Of a stretch of DNA of 64,000 nucleotides, positions 40,608 to 50,987 are shown piece by piece; position 1 is the stretch's first letter, and each line of letters starts with the position of its first letter. The notes under the pieces were generated by a model. It ran no database searches and was not told the DNA's origin. It was given only the letters and a program-made list of their open reading frames with translations. The translations under genes and the position numbers were made by a program. The stretch is from a virus (lineage: Duplodnaviria; Caudoviricetes): positions 64,001 through 128,000 of IMG/VR virus record IMGVR_UViG_3300033066_001283. One strand, given 5' to 3'.

Positions 40608-42104
40608 TTAATAAACGAATAGTCTAAGACCTCCAACGACGTCTGAGAGGTTAAGCCAAGAAGGAGTACCGTAAGCTGCTGTAGATGGTGTAAGATTTAC
40701 AGTGTTTCCATAAACATCAGTTGTCGGATAACCAGTTCCGGTTGATCCTGAGTTAATGCTAGATGGAACGTTTCGACCATCAGTTAGACCGATAATTCCA
40801 CCACCCCATAGAACAGCACCATCTCGGGGAGAAGTGATGTAGCTATAGGTAACTCGAACAGTGATTGCTGTACCAGTGATTGGAGTAACGTTAGTACCAA
40901 TCTCGATAATACCAGTTCGTGGGTTAATACTGTGGTATAAACCGTTGAAATACTGGCGAGAATCAAGCATAGTGCTATTTGGCAATGTGTAGTATGCCGA
41001 AGCGTATGCAGTAGTTCCAGAGTCTCCACCATCCTTATCAATAATTCTCGCATTAGTAACTTGAACAGTTACAGGATGGAAAATTGAGATTGGATAGTTA
41101 GCAACTCGGAAGATATTGGTAGTAGATGACTGAACAGTAGCAGTTTCATTAGTAACCGCAGTTACGTTCTGTCTCTGCTGTGCAGGTGGGAAGTTGAGGT
41201 AGTCCTGTGGAGCATACTCAACCCATTTGAGGAAGTCATCTCTATTAAGCATATCTTGAATGCTCTGAATTCGATGAACTTCACCACCAACTTGGTTAGC
41301 ATCTTGACCATACTCATACCAAACTTCAGTAACTGAAGATCCGAAAGTAACATACCACATCGCCCAATCTGAACTATAAACTAAAGTTGTATAGTTGTTA
41401 GACAACCGATCTGGATAGTTACCGTTAGTAAAGGTCTGTCCTGTCTGAACCTGTGTACCACCTGATCCAGAGAACGCAGCTACGATTCGTGGTGTAATAC
41501 CAGGATAAAGAGCAGCAGGAAGCTGAACAGTTGTGGAAGCAGCACCAGTAGCTGTGTAAAGTCTCTTAGCAATCCACTTTACTGGCTTTCCTCGGTGAAG
41601 ATAAGAAGGTACTGAGGTTGAAGTTGTTGAACCGTAATAACCAGTAAGCTTATCACCTGAAACTAATGTACCAAAACCATTATAGGAGTTATTAATACTT
41701 AAAATGTAAGGTACTTCAGCAACAAAGCCCTTTCGGAACTTTACTGTATTACTATCGGTCATGAACTCATTCATTTCCTTGTACATCTGGTTAACAGACA
41801 TACCAGCAGGAGTGAGGTTCCAACCATCGTGTAGGGTAAGAGGTGTGCGGCCTGTATCGTTAATTTCCATACGATATCGGTTGGTACCACGTCCACCACT
41901 AAATCCAATTGAAACAAATCGCCCAGTCGGAATAACAATAGCAGCCGCTGGATCGAATGGATCCACCGCTAGTGTTGGGGCGAAGGGGTCTACTTTGAAT
42001 GCGCCTGGAGGAACTGTACCAACGTTATCAGGGGACACCTCAATATGTGGCGTCCACTTCCTTCCCGGTACAAAGTTGCTTCCAAACATGCTAGAAAATG
42101 CCAT
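40608..42104 (-). CDS. Capsid decoration / minor capsid protein
   Basis: Lies between protease and capsid; IVIPTGRFV...NQVGGEV..I pattern; Thr/Ser-rich beta segments. Confidence 0.6.
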   Translation of the reverse strand: MAFSSMFGSNFVPGRKWTPHIEVSPDNVGTVPPGAFKVDPFAPTLAVDPFDPAAAIVIPTGRFVSIGFSGGRGTNRYRMEINDTGRTPLTLHDGWNLTPAGMSVNQMYKEMNEFMTDSNTVKFRKGFVAEVPYILSINNSYNGFGTLVSGDKLTGYYGSTTSTSVPSYLHRGKPVKWIAKRLYTATGAASTTVQLPAALYPGITPRIVAAFSGSGGTQVQTGQTFTNGNYPDRLSNNYTTLVYSSDWAMWYVTFGSSVTEVWYEYGQDANQVGGEVHRIQSIQDMLNRDDFLKWVEYAPQDYLNFPPAQQRQNVTAVTNETATVQSSTTNIFRVANYPISIFHPVTVQVTNARIIDKDGGDSGTTAYASAYYTLPNSTMLDSRQYFNGLYHSINPRTGIIEIGTNVTPITGTAITVRVTYSYITSPRDGAVLWGGGIIGLTDGRNVPSSINSGSTGTGYPTTDVYGNTVNLTPSTAAYGTPSWLNLSDVVGGLRLFVY

Positions 42105-42105
42105 T

Positions 42106-44169
42106 TTACTTTTTCTCCTTGTTTACGCCTTTTTTGCTGCCGCGTGTTGCAGTATAACTATACCAATCTGTCTTCCCAATCTTTTTCGCACCCTCTGAGG
42201 CAGTTTCCGTAGCGGCAACCGGGTTAGTTATTGTTTCTATGGGTGCAGATTCAACTGGCTCTTCTGTTTTAGTTGGCAAACTCTCAATAAATTTATTAAG
42301 AACTGCTGTTCCAAAAACACTATAAGCTTTCTCAGCTGAGTCAAATGTCTCTTTGTCAATTTTTAGTTTACGTACTAAGCCTGCTAAAGGCACCAAATAC
42401 TTCTTAATTTGAGCCTGTGATTCCTTAAATCTATCTACAAAGTAGGAGATTGGGAGCTCAACAGGTGAAGTATCCTTACACTCTAGTAGAGGAGAATCTG
42501 AAGCCAATGCATTAGCATCTTCCATATACGTTTCTAAAAAGATCTTGAACGTTTCTTTCTGCTCATCAGTAAATGAATATGCTTCAGAAATTGTATCAAT
42601 TGATTCAAGTAGAGCAGATGCATCTTCTTTTGAAGAAACTGTCTCAAAACTCAAATCCATATCTTCTATCACGATTGGGTAGTGAACAAGATTATCATTT
42701 TCTGCTCCTACACCAAATTTCTTAGCCCTACGTTTAATGCATGCTAAAATCTTGTCTTTGTCATCACCTTTGTAACGACCAATTAATCTTAATGCTGCAA
42801 CAGCGTGTGCTTTATCTGCAACAGGGAAAGATCTTCCAGGTCCACAGAAGACTGAATCAGGAAGAGCATCTCTACTCTTTGTTGAGAGCTTTGATTCTCC
42901 TTCCAAATCTTCTATATTGTAGAGCTCTGATAAAAGAACTAAATCATCTGGGTTAGAGATATTCCCTTCGTACGCATTAACTGCTAGATAGGCAGCTTCC
43001 CATGTAAAGTCTTCACACAATTCTACAGCTTTATCCTGTAGAGCTTTGAAGGCTTCTAGATCTTCTACTTGATAATCAAACTCATCATTTAAGAGGGCTT
43101 CAACAATACTTTTAGTTTTCTCGTTGGGTGACTGAGCTTTCAATGTTTCTGATAAAACATCTAGAAAATCCTCATTATCCTTCTTTAATTTCAAGAGCTC
43201 ATCAAGGTTTTTAATATTATCTATCTTCATTGTAACCTCATTTGCACTTTCAGTAACAGAGACTCCTTTAGATTCTCCGCTAACAAACCAATAACTATTC
43301 ACCTGGCAGGAATCAATCATGTAAGATTCATCCACTGCAGCGTAGTCCAAATCTACTGATACCTTCTCCTGTGTTTTTGCATCAAAGAAGCTAAATTCTT
43401 TCTTACCAAGTTTCTTCTCAGCAAGAAGAAGTTTAATTCCCTCTTCACCAACATCAGGATTTACAGTATGAGCATATTCATCTGATGGAATATTTACATA
43501 GCTGCATTCTCTACCAGTAACATCTCCCATAACCCAATATGAGAGTTTGCCTTCATATAGCTGACCTCTCTCATATGGAGGTAATTCTTTTCCTTGCCTC
43601 CGAAGCTCAGCAATATTTTGCCCAGAAATAGATTCTTTTACATTCTCAACATTAGATCCAATGGAAACTGTATGGAAAGCTCTTCCTAAGATTCTGGTAA
43701 TTGCATCTGATTCTGTAACGCCAGCAACCACATACATACTTCCATCTCCTTCTAAGTAACCTGGAATGTAGCTCTTATGTGGAGCATTTCTTGGAGCGTC
43801 AACACCCTCTTTATACTTCCTAAAGCCACTAGCTATAATTCTTCCAATAGGAGGTTCAGCATTTGTAGAACCGAATAGTCCTTGGGAGTCACTAGATCTA
43901 TGTTCAGTTAGAATAGGCTTACCATAAGGTAGAACGAATGAGGAATATCCTGTAGGATTCCCAGTCTTATTTTTACCAATTAAACTTTCCGCTGGGTAAA
44001 AAGTATAATTTCTTGTTAGCCTACCACTATTAATAGCCTTAATTAGTGGGTAGATTGCTCTAACTCCACTTATTTTGAGATCCGAAACCATGGCTTCTGT
44101 AATTGGTTTCGAGAAATCTTCAATTATAGGGTTTTCTACTAAGAGTGTGGCTCTTTCGACAATAAACAT
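42106..44169 (-). CDS. Prohead protease / scaffold fusion
   Basis: KPILTEH (His), PIGRII, HTVSIGS (Ser), ECSYVNIPSD; acidic C-terminal half. Confidence 0.8.
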   Translation of the reverse strand: MFIVERATLLVENPIIEDFSKPITEAMVSDLKISGVRAIYPLIKAINSGRLTRNYTFYPAESLIGKNKTGNPTGYSSFVLPYGKPILTEHRSSDSQGLFGSTNAEPPIGRIIASGFRKYKEGVDAPRNAPHKSYIPGYLEGDGSMYVVAGVTESDAITRILGRAFHTVSIGSNVENVKESISGQNIAELRRQGKELPPYERGQLYEGKLSYWVMGDVTGRECSYVNIPSDEYAHTVNPDVGEEGIKLLLAEKKLGKKEFSFFDAKTQEKVSVDLDYAAVDESYMIDSCQVNSYWFVSGESKGVSVTESANEVTMKIDNIKNLDELLKLKKDNEDFLDVLSETLKAQSPNEKTKSIVEALLNDEFDYQVEDLEAFKALQDKAVELCEDFTWEAAYLAVNAYEGNISNPDDLVLLSELYNIEDLEGESKLSTKSRDALPDSVFCGPGRSFPVADKAHAVAALRLIGRYKGDDKDKILACIKRRAKKFGVGAENDNLVHYPIVIEDMDLSFETVSSKEDASALLESIDTISEAYSFTDEQKETFKIFLETYMEDANALASDSPLLECKDTSPVELPISYFVDRFKESQAQIKKYLVPLAGLVRKLKIDKETFDSAEKAYSVFGTAVLNKFIESLPTKTEEPVESAPIETITNPVAATETASEGAKKIGKTDWYSYTATRGSKKGVNKEKK

Positions 44170-44173
44170 TTAA

Positions 44174-44425
44174 TTACTCCTTTGGATTCGCCTTATCCTC
44201 ATTATCAACTAGAGCAGCCTTCTTTGCAGCTAAGAAGCTGAAGATGTCATTTACTGATCCACCTAATGCTCCATAAACAGCCATACACACTAAAAATAAT
44301 GTGGCATATGCTCCAAAATTAATTACTGAGGTTGCAACTAATCCTGCTATAAATGCAAAGACTGCATTTAATAACACTTTCTTTATATGAATTAAGACGT
44401 TAAAAGTATCCATTTTAAAATCCAA
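44174..44425 (-). CDS. Holin-like two-TM protein
   Basis: 83 aa with two hydrophobic helices and a charged C-terminus. Confidence 0.5.
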   Translation of the reverse strand: MDFKMDTFNVLIHIKKVLLNAVFAFIAGLVATSVINFGAYATLFLVCMAVYGALGGSVNDIFSFLAAKKAALVDNEDKANPKE

Positions 44426-44774
44426 AATATTTCTTAACTAGCTCCCAAGCAATGGTTAACCCAGTTCCAAATGCGGCAACCCATAATAGAAATCTTGATT
44501 TCTGATCCTCTTCAACTTTTTTATCATCTTTAGACTGATGAGTTTCAAGCAGAGCAACCTTATTACCAAGCTCTTCTTCTATCTTGTTCAGTTTAACACA
44601 TGTAGCTTCTAAAGCTTCAAGTGTTTTTTGAGCACTTAGTAAGGTGCTATCAATTCTGGTAACAGCACCTTCAATCTTAATTATTCGTTCAACAAACTGG
44701 TTTAGTTGCGTGTCGTGCTCGTCTAAGAGTCTTAACACCATCTTCTGATACTCTATCCAGGTTCCGTTCTCCAT
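44415..44774 (-). CDS. Coiled-coil protein with a C-terminal TM helix (XhlA/holin-associated type)
   Basis: Start reassigned to ATG 44774 behind AGGAG; heptad-rich body, then FLLWVAAFGTGLTIAW. Confidence 0.5.
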   Translation of the reverse strand: MENGTWIEYQKMVLRLLDEHDTQLNQFVERIIKIEGAVTRIDSTLLSAQKTLEALEATCVKLNKIEEELGNKVALLETHQSKDDKKVEEDQKSRFLLWVAAFGTGLTIAWELVKKYFGF

Positions 44775-44842
44775 TCTCTTGACTCCTTGTGTCAACAGGG
44801 GTTAGGGGAACATTTTCTCTCTCTAAATACTCGAACATCTCT

Positions 44843-46453
44843 TTAATCTTGTCTATTAGTGTCATTTGCACTCTCCATGACAAGAGCTACTATTGCTTCT
44901 TCATCACCTAGTAGCTCTTCAATATTATCCCTATACTCTGAGAGATCAATTCCCATTCTCTGATTGATTAAGAACAAAAAGTCGTCAATATGCTCGTCCG
45001 ATGTGGGAACATATTGGCGAACTTCTTTAGCTGAAGGCTTTGCCTTGATCTGTTGAACTTTACCTTTAGTTTCATGATCCAGCTCTGCCTTCTTTATCTT
45101 ATTCAAATAGAGCTCAGATTCAACAGGTTTCTTCTTTAATTTGCCAAACTGCCGCGCCTCCCCATGGTCCATCATATTCATATTAAATTGCTGGGCGGCA
45201 TGTGTTTGTAGCTTAATTAAAGCATCCTGGTCAATGTCTTCAAATACTAACTTAACTTTATGGGCTGGATTTGTATATGGATCAAATCGACCTTCCCATA
45301 GAATCTCATTTAGTATGAAGAACTCTATCTCTCTTGAGAGCTCTTCTTGACAAAATCTGACTTTGGTCATTAATATTTCCTGACCTGCTTGCGCAGCTCC
45401 AATAGACATACTACCAATACCCATTACGGCTTGGGAGACACCTAAACCAGAGAACGCACGATCAAGGAAATATCTTAAGTAACCTTCAAGTCGGAGAGCT
45501 TGGGACTCTGCACCGACTGCTTTAATTTCTGAATTACCACCAGTAATAATAACACCAGTAGGATCAGCTCTACGATGAAGGACGTACGCCTGATCAATTT
45601 CAGATTGGATTCCTGCTTGTGGAGAAGCAGAACGAAGAATCTTGTGATGGATAATTGGGTTTGCAAACTTCTTAGACATAATCGCAGTAGTTTGCTCCAT
45701 AGTTCTGAGAAGAGCAATATCTTCTAGAGAGGGTAGTGTAAGTCCAACACCCCAGTTACTATCAGCACCTTTCTTATATGCAATTTGTACTACATCTGGG
45801 CCTGATAAGAATACTCTTTCTTTAACTTCACTTGGGGGATTAGGAACTGTAATTAATGCATTTGCTGGGTTTAATTTCTGTGCATTAGGAAGTACTAAAT
45901 CTAGTTTCTTCTCTTGTGTTCCTACAGCAAACTTCCATCCTAGAAATGATCCTTCTGGATCTGCTGCCACATCTAATCTATCAGCACTTATTAGTGAAAA
46001 TCCTGATAAGGAGTAGGGGCGATTAGAGTACAATGGTCGAAATCCTGACTTCTCTAATCCTCCTCTCAACTTAACTACAAAAGCATTTCCAGTTTTAAAA
46101 TATTCAGTAATAAGTCTTGTAAGGAATGTCTTCCAATATTCTCCAGTGTGAAGGCTCATTGTGTTCAATCTATCTTCTAGATATTTAACACACTTAGGAT
46201 CACCTTCAAATGAGAACGCTTTAAAATTCTCAGCATACTTATCTACCGCTTGCCTAATTAAGCCGTCAATATTATAGGCAGAGCCAGATTTCTTTATCAG
46301 ATTTCTTAACTGTAAATCTCTTCTAGTAGAGTATGATAATTCGGGTCTGATTGTTGCTTCGGTAGGAGATACAACTTTGCTAACTACCTCTTCATAGGTA
46401 TTCTTAGAGCTCACAGATGTGAACCCGGTGGCGCTAGCTATTTGGTTGCTCAT
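44843..46453 (-). CDS. Portal protein
   Basis: 536 aa between terminase and protease; YFKTGNAFVVK, WGVG..LPSLEDI..LR..E, PIIHHKI, YF..RAFSGLGVS. Confidence 0.8.
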   Translation of the reverse strand: MSNQIASATGFTSVSSKNTYEEVVSKVVSPTEATIRPELSYSTRRDLQLRNLIKKSGSAYNIDGLIRQAVDKYAENFKAFSFEGDPKCVKYLEDRLNTMSLHTGEYWKTFLTRLITEYFKTGNAFVVKLRGGLEKSGFRPLYSNRPYSLSGFSLISADRLDVAADPEGSFLGWKFAVGTQEKKLDLVLPNAQKLNPANALITVPNPPSEVKERVFLSGPDVVQIAYKKGADSNWGVGLTLPSLEDIALLRTMEQTTAIMSKKFANPIIHHKILRSASPQAGIQSEIDQAYVLHRRADPTGVIITGGNSEIKAVGAESQALRLEGYLRYFLDRAFSGLGVSQAVMGIGSMSIGAAQAGQEILMTKVRFCQEELSREIEFFILNEILWEGRFDPYTNPAHKVKLVFEDIDQDALIKLQTHAAQQFNMNMMDHGEARQFGKLKKKPVESELYLNKIKKAELDHETKGKVQQIKAKPSAKEVRQYVPTSDEHIDDFLFLINQRMGIDLSEYRDNIEELLGDEEAIVALVMESANDTNRQD

Positions 46454-46928
46454 TAATTATCTCCTTAAATCTACTATATAGATCCATATGATTCACAGAA
46501 TGCTCCCACAGAATGAGGAACAACTTGGGGTCCCTAGCCTCACCGTATGTCGTCAATAAAGGAATATTTTCCTTGTACAGAGAAAGTCTGCCTTGCTCTT
46601 TTTCCCATACTTGCCGAGGGACCCCACGCAACTCAGCTGTTTCCCAGCTAGCAGTTTCAATACCACCAACGTAAACAAATAGAGGGTGTTCAGGAAGTAC
46701 AAAGTGAAATAGAGGTAACTCACCATTCTCTAGTTCAAAGTAGTTAATTCTAAACTGTCCCTCTATAATAACCTTATTTAACCAACTAGGATTTAAATCT
46801 GGTAGAGTACTATGAAGAAAATCCCTAACAGATTCTAGCCTAGCAATATGTTCAGTATTGTTATATGATTTAAGTAATCTAGTAGCAAACTTTAATAGTC
46901 TTATTGCTAATCTATGTATAAACTTCAT
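46434..46928 (-). CDS. Hypothetical protein, possibly a degenerate Vsr/DUF559-like nuclease fold
   Basis: LPLFHFVLPEHPLFVYVGG...LILWE resembles L.DF.lP...laIE.dG...IWE but lacks the catalytic D/E. Confidence 0.35.
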   Translation of the reverse strand: MKFIHRLAIRLLKFATRLLKSYNNTEHIARLESVRDFLHSTLPDLNPSWLNKVIIEGQFRINYFELENGELPLFHFVLPEHPLFVYVGGIETASWETAELRGVPRQVWEKEQGRLSLYKENIPLLTTYGEARDPKLFLILWEHSVNHMDLYSRFKEIINEQPNS

Positions 46929-48205
46929 GCATTGCCAGTATTAATATTGTCTTTTATTGTAAGTACTTTCTTAACAAAATCTGCCTTAGGTGGTGAAGGT
47001 TTCGCTAGTTTTTGATTTAAGAATATCTTTAATCCATTTGAAAGTAACTGGAGTGTTTCTTCTTTAAGCTGATTTTCTAATGTTCCACCACTAGACTGAA
47101 GCAAATAATCTATCATATAGATGTATTGCTTAGTCATTGCATTCTTTTTAGTGTTCAATAGTTGAAGTTGTCTATCTTCACCAATCTTCTTAAAGTATCC
47201 TTCTTTGTATACTAAATCTGCTTCACTAGTTTGAAGTGCACTAACTATTGATCTTAATAACTGACTAGAGAATTCTGTGTAATCTTTATTGATATCTACG
47301 TCTCCAGATGAGTTTAGAATACTCTCAAACAGTTCTAGATCTCTCATTGTCTTTGATGAGAAACCACCAACTATTGCATTATTATATGTAGAGAATAGTT
47401 TAGAATATGCTTTAGATAGGTAATTATTAAATACGTTAGATAGAGATACCTTCAATGTTTTAAAGTTATCAGTATTTAAAAGAAGTGAAGATTGAAGCAA
47501 GGTTCTCATTTGTAAAAGAGCTTTATTAACTTGTACTCCACTATCATAGTTATAACTTAGTGATCTATACAAATCACCTGTAAATCGATTAACAAAACTA
47601 TCACTAACCTTCTGTAGTACGTTCTTCTGAATGGAAGATATTTGGGAGTCTAGTATTCCGATATACTGTCTCTCCTTGAATAGTGAATATCTTACTACAG
47701 GATTTGAGGTTTCAAAATCTGAATAAAGATTATTGTCAGCAAGTACTTCTCTCCAAATCGTGTCCAAGTTAAGCTTGGTTAATCCTAATTCTGACTTCAA
47801 ATCATAGAGATCAGAAACTAATGGGGCCCTAGGATCTGGAATTCTAGCATACACTTCTGATTCAATAGCTAATATCAATTTGGGGCTATAAACTACAACA
47901 GGTGTATAATTAGGATCAGCCAGTTTAAATGCGTCAAAGTAGTTAGCTTTAACCATTTCTAGATATGCTGTGAATACTTGATCATCAGATACATGGGAGA
48001 TTTCTTCAATAGCTTTATCAGCATTCTGCATTGCATTATCAGCTAGTGCAGAGATATCTTCTAGAAGAACTGGTAAAGGGGTATCTTGTGAGGTGTCTAA
48101 AGCAGAATAATCTATAGGGGGTATAGATTCAGGTGAAAGATTGCCTTCTTCAGGGTCAACTACTTTCTCAATTTTACGCTGTTCAAAATATTTCCCTAAA
48201 CTCAT
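46925..48205 (-). CDS. Hypothetical helical protein (426 aa)
   Basis: Long ORF between terminase and portal. Confidence 0.5.
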   Translation of the reverse strand: MSLGKYFEQRKIEKVVDPEEGNLSPESIPPIDYSALDTSQDTPLPVLLEDISALADNAMQNADKAIEEISHVSDDQVFTAYLEMVKANYFDAFKLADPNYTPVVVYSPKLILAIESEVYARIPDPRAPLVSDLYDLKSELGLTKLNLDTIWREVLADNNLYSDFETSNPVVRYSLFKERQYIGILDSQISSIQKNVLQKVSDSFVNRFTGDLYRSLSYNYDSGVQVNKALLQMRTLLQSSLLLNTDNFKTLKVSLSNVFNNYLSKAYSKLFSTYNNAIVGGFSSKTMRDLELFESILNSSGDVDINKDYTEFSSQLLRSIVSALQTSEADLVYKEGYFKKIGEDRQLQLLNTKKNAMTKQYIYMIDYLLQSSGGTLENQLKEETLQLLSNGLKIFLNQKLAKPSPPKADFVKKVLTIKDNINTGNA

Positions 48206-50537
48206 CTCTACCTCCTAGTTCTGTTCTATATACACCAGCCCCTGGTATTTCAGTTCTAAAAGTTTCTACTTGATTCCAGAAACCTTCAATTTGTGGTTCA
48301 TTTACCACATTGATCTCATCGGCACTTATTCTATGTAGAAAATTATTCCTAGCTACAAATCTCTTATCTAGTTCATTCTCAAATAAGTACCAAATTCCGT
48401 ACATAGAGAATAGAGCACAGTCAACAATATGTTCACGGTTGGAAGAGAATCTAGTATATTTCTCAGTTCTATGTACAACTCTATAAGTTAATAATTGCTC
48501 TTTCAATTCTTGATCAGAATTGGGGAATAGAACCTTTCCTTCTTGGAACTTCTTCTGAAGCTGGCCAACCAAGAATTCCTTCAGCATCTTCTTCTCTTCC
48601 ATTCCAGTCATAGGATTAAGAACAAGTTCAACTTCATTGAATTGCTTCTTCATAAACATATGAGCAGGGAATCCTCTCTTCTCTCCTTCTATGAATAAAT
48701 ATTCCCACTGGAATTGACCCATTCCGCCATCTGAGATACAAATATCTATCTGGTATTCATATGCTAAATCTAAGGCTAACTGACAAGCATTATGGAATGT
48801 AAAATCTCCTCTTGGTACTTCTTCTCTATATATGAGAACCATTTCACCTGTATTTTGATTATACTGAAAGATGACAATGTTAGTTCCAGCTTGAGCTTTA
48901 TCCCAATCTATACCCATGATCCTAATTAGATCAGTATTAACTAAGTGTGAACCATACTCCCAATCATCTTCAGAAGCTCGTTCAACATCAGCAGCTCTAA
49001 ATACAGCAGTCTCTTCATCACCAAACTTAAGTAAATATTCAGTCTGGAATTGGTAGGCTGGTGTAACTGCTCTAATCTGCTCAATTTCTTCTTCACTGTA
49101 ATCAGGATTAGTATCAATAGGTGCAAATACTTTAGTTTCTGCTACAGGATCAAGTGTGTTTTTAAATATCTTCTCATAGTAGAGACCAGCAGGAATTCGT
49201 ACAGTTCCAACAATATAATTTCTAATTCTTGGAGCACGATATTTATCACCATTCATCATAGGTGAAATAACAGACCATCCATCCTCATTAATCTCTTGAG
49301 CTTCTTCAACAAAGATATAATCAGGTGAAAGACCTCTAATCTTAGGTCCTACAATATAACCTTTAATTTTACTTCCATTAGTGAAAGTTCTAGTAGGTGG
49401 AGTTTTAGTATTACCTACTGCTGATCTGATTGATTGGAGAATAGGATTAGCTCCAATCCAGTTATCTAAAACATCAAACCACTCTGTAAGCTGTGCCTCA
49501 GAGGCACCAAATACTGCAATATCCCTGTTAGGTTCAGTAAGAACATGCCATAAAGCTAATACAGTTAACGCATAACTATTGTGTAAGACTGTGTTTGTAC
49601 CAAGGAAATTATGGTCTTCATGCTCTACTGATAAATCATAAACATCCTGTAGACCAGTATGCCACATCTCAGTTATCAGTTCCCATCTCCTAGGTCCTCT
49701 AACATCTAAGATTTGTGTTTCAATTCCAACTAAATTAAGGAATTGGTTCTGATCAATTACATTGTCTATGAATAAATTGCCATCTTCATCTACTCTTGAT
49801 TCTACACCGAATCTTAGAATTAGATGCTGTAAATCAAATGCTAGTAGTCTGTTCCAGAGTAGAAATCCAACTTCTTTATCTTCTCTAAAGATTCTACCAT
49901 CTTCTACCCATAATTCTCGTATGAAAGATCTTAAGCATTCTCTAGTTAAGCTAAATACCACATCAGGAATGAATTTCCAGTCCATTACTATTGAAACTAA
50001 ATCTCTTGTTTCATCTAGTGTTTTAACATTCTCACCAAAGACTGGAATAGTAGTTGGAGCAAGAATATAATCTCCAACTCTAAGTTCTTCTGCTTTAATC
50101 CACCCTTTCTTAGCTTCAAATACATTATGATCAGTAGAAAGTGAAATATTATTTCCAGTTCCTAATTTAAGCTTTAAACATTTCTTCTTACCTGAATCAA
50201 ACCACTCACAATCAGCCCAAATTAGTTCATTCTTATCGAAATCAAAACATAATGTCTTATTAAAGCTAGATGCTGATGCAATGGGGACTGGTCTTAGGGT
50301 GGTTGGGTGTATAACTAAAGTATCGCCTGCTACACATTTTCCAACACGTCGTGAAGCACAAATATAGGTAAATTTCTTCTTTGTGCTCATAATTTTCTTC
50401 TGAACCCAGTTAGCTTCAAATGGAGCTTTTGTTTGTGGCTCAACCAAGAATGTTTCTGCCCAGGTTACAGGGTTTTGAATGATCTTAGCCAGTTTTCTTC
50501 TTTGCTCTGGCGTAAGTTCACTAAGATCTTCTATCAT
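48183..50537 (-). CDS. terL: Terminase large subunit with an intein (531 aa mature)
   Basis: Walker A ASRRVGK|S split by the intein; Walker B IFVEEAQ; FQTEYL; nuclease motifs GIDWDK and HIVDC. Confidence 0.92.
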   Translation of the reverse strand: MIEDLSELTPEQRRKLAKIIQNPVTWAETFLVEPQTKAPFEANWVQKKIMSTKKKFTYICASRRVGKCVAGDTLVIHPTTLRPVPIASASSFNKTLCFDFDKNELIWADCEWFDSGKKKCLKLKLGTGNNISLSTDHNVFEAKKGWIKAEELRVGDYILAPTTIPVFGENVKTLDETRDLVSIVMDWKFIPDVVFSLTRECLRSFIRELWVEDGRIFREDKEVGFLLWNRLLAFDLQHLILRFGVESRVDEDGNLFIDNVIDQNQFLNLVGIETQILDVRGPRRWELITEMWHTGLQDVYDLSVEHEDHNFLGTNTVLHNSYALTVLALWHVLTEPNRDIAVFGASEAQLTEWFDVLDNWIGANPILQSIRSAVGNTKTPPTRTFTNGSKIKGYIVGPKIRGLSPDYIFVEEAQEINEDGWSVISPMMNGDKYRAPRIRNYIVGTVRIPAGLYYEKIFKNTLDPVAETKVFAPIDTNPDYSEEEIEQIRAVTPAYQFQTEYLLKFGDEETAVFRAADVERASEDDWEYGSHLVNTDLIRIMGIDWDKAQAGTNIVIFQYNQNTGEMVLIYREEVPRGDFTFHNACQLALDLAYEYQIDICISDGGMGQFQWEYLFIEGEKRGFPAHMFMKKQFNEVELVLNPMTGMEEKKMLKEFLVGQLQKKFQEGKVLFPNSDQELKEQLLTYRVVHRTEKYTRFSSNREHIVDCALFSMYGIWYLFENELDKRFVARNNFLHRISADEINVVNEPQIEGFWNQVETFRTEIPGAGVYRTELGGRDEFREIF
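49578..50336 (-). mobile_element. Intein in the TerL Walker A motif (253 aa, truncated homing endonuclease)
   Basis: RVGK|CVAGDTLV...STDHNVF...LWVEDG...VYDLSV...VLHN|SYA. Only one LAGLIDADG block is visible. Confidence 0.92.
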
Positions 50538-50540
50538 ATT

Positions 50541-50987
50541 TTATCTTGCTAAATAGCGTGCTGCGTACATTTGAGCTTCATTTCCAGTTGAAGCGTACGC
50601 ATCTCCAACTCTAGATCTTGCATACTGTAGTGCTGTAAATGCTTGATCCATAGGCAATGTAGAATGTGTAAATGGCACAGCAGCCATAATTCTTTGGTCT
50701 TGGGAGCTTCTATACGCGTGGAGTGTTCCTACCATACCTCTTCTAATTGCAGGTGACATTGCTAACAATCCCGCAGTAGCATTTTGCAGCCAAGGAGCTT
50801 TTATTCCGCTAGCTAAATACCATGTACCTAATTGAAGACCAAGCAAATGCATTTTCTCATGAGGAGATACACCCGGTGTTAGCATAGTAACTGCAGCACC
50901 GAATGCTTGGAACTTTAAAGCACTCGCAATAGTATGACTCTTAGTATTTGTAGCAGCTTTAAAAGCGCGATCAAACCATGAGTTCAT
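50541..50987 (-). CDS. Ala-rich hypothetical protein
   Basis: 148-aa ORF coupled in the operon. Confidence 0.5.
   Translation of the reverse strand: MNSWFDRAFKAATNTKSHTIASALKFQAFGAAVTMLTPGVSPHEKMHLLGLQLGTWYLASGIKAPWLQNATAGLLAMSPAIRRGMVGTLHAYRSSQDQRIMAAVPFTHSTLPMDQAFTALQYARSRVGDAYASTGNEAQMYAARYLAR

Noticed and set aside
44689-44883. 64-aa ORF between the portal and coiled-coil genes
   Set aside because: It overlaps both neighbours substantially; a possible SD exists but there is no other support.
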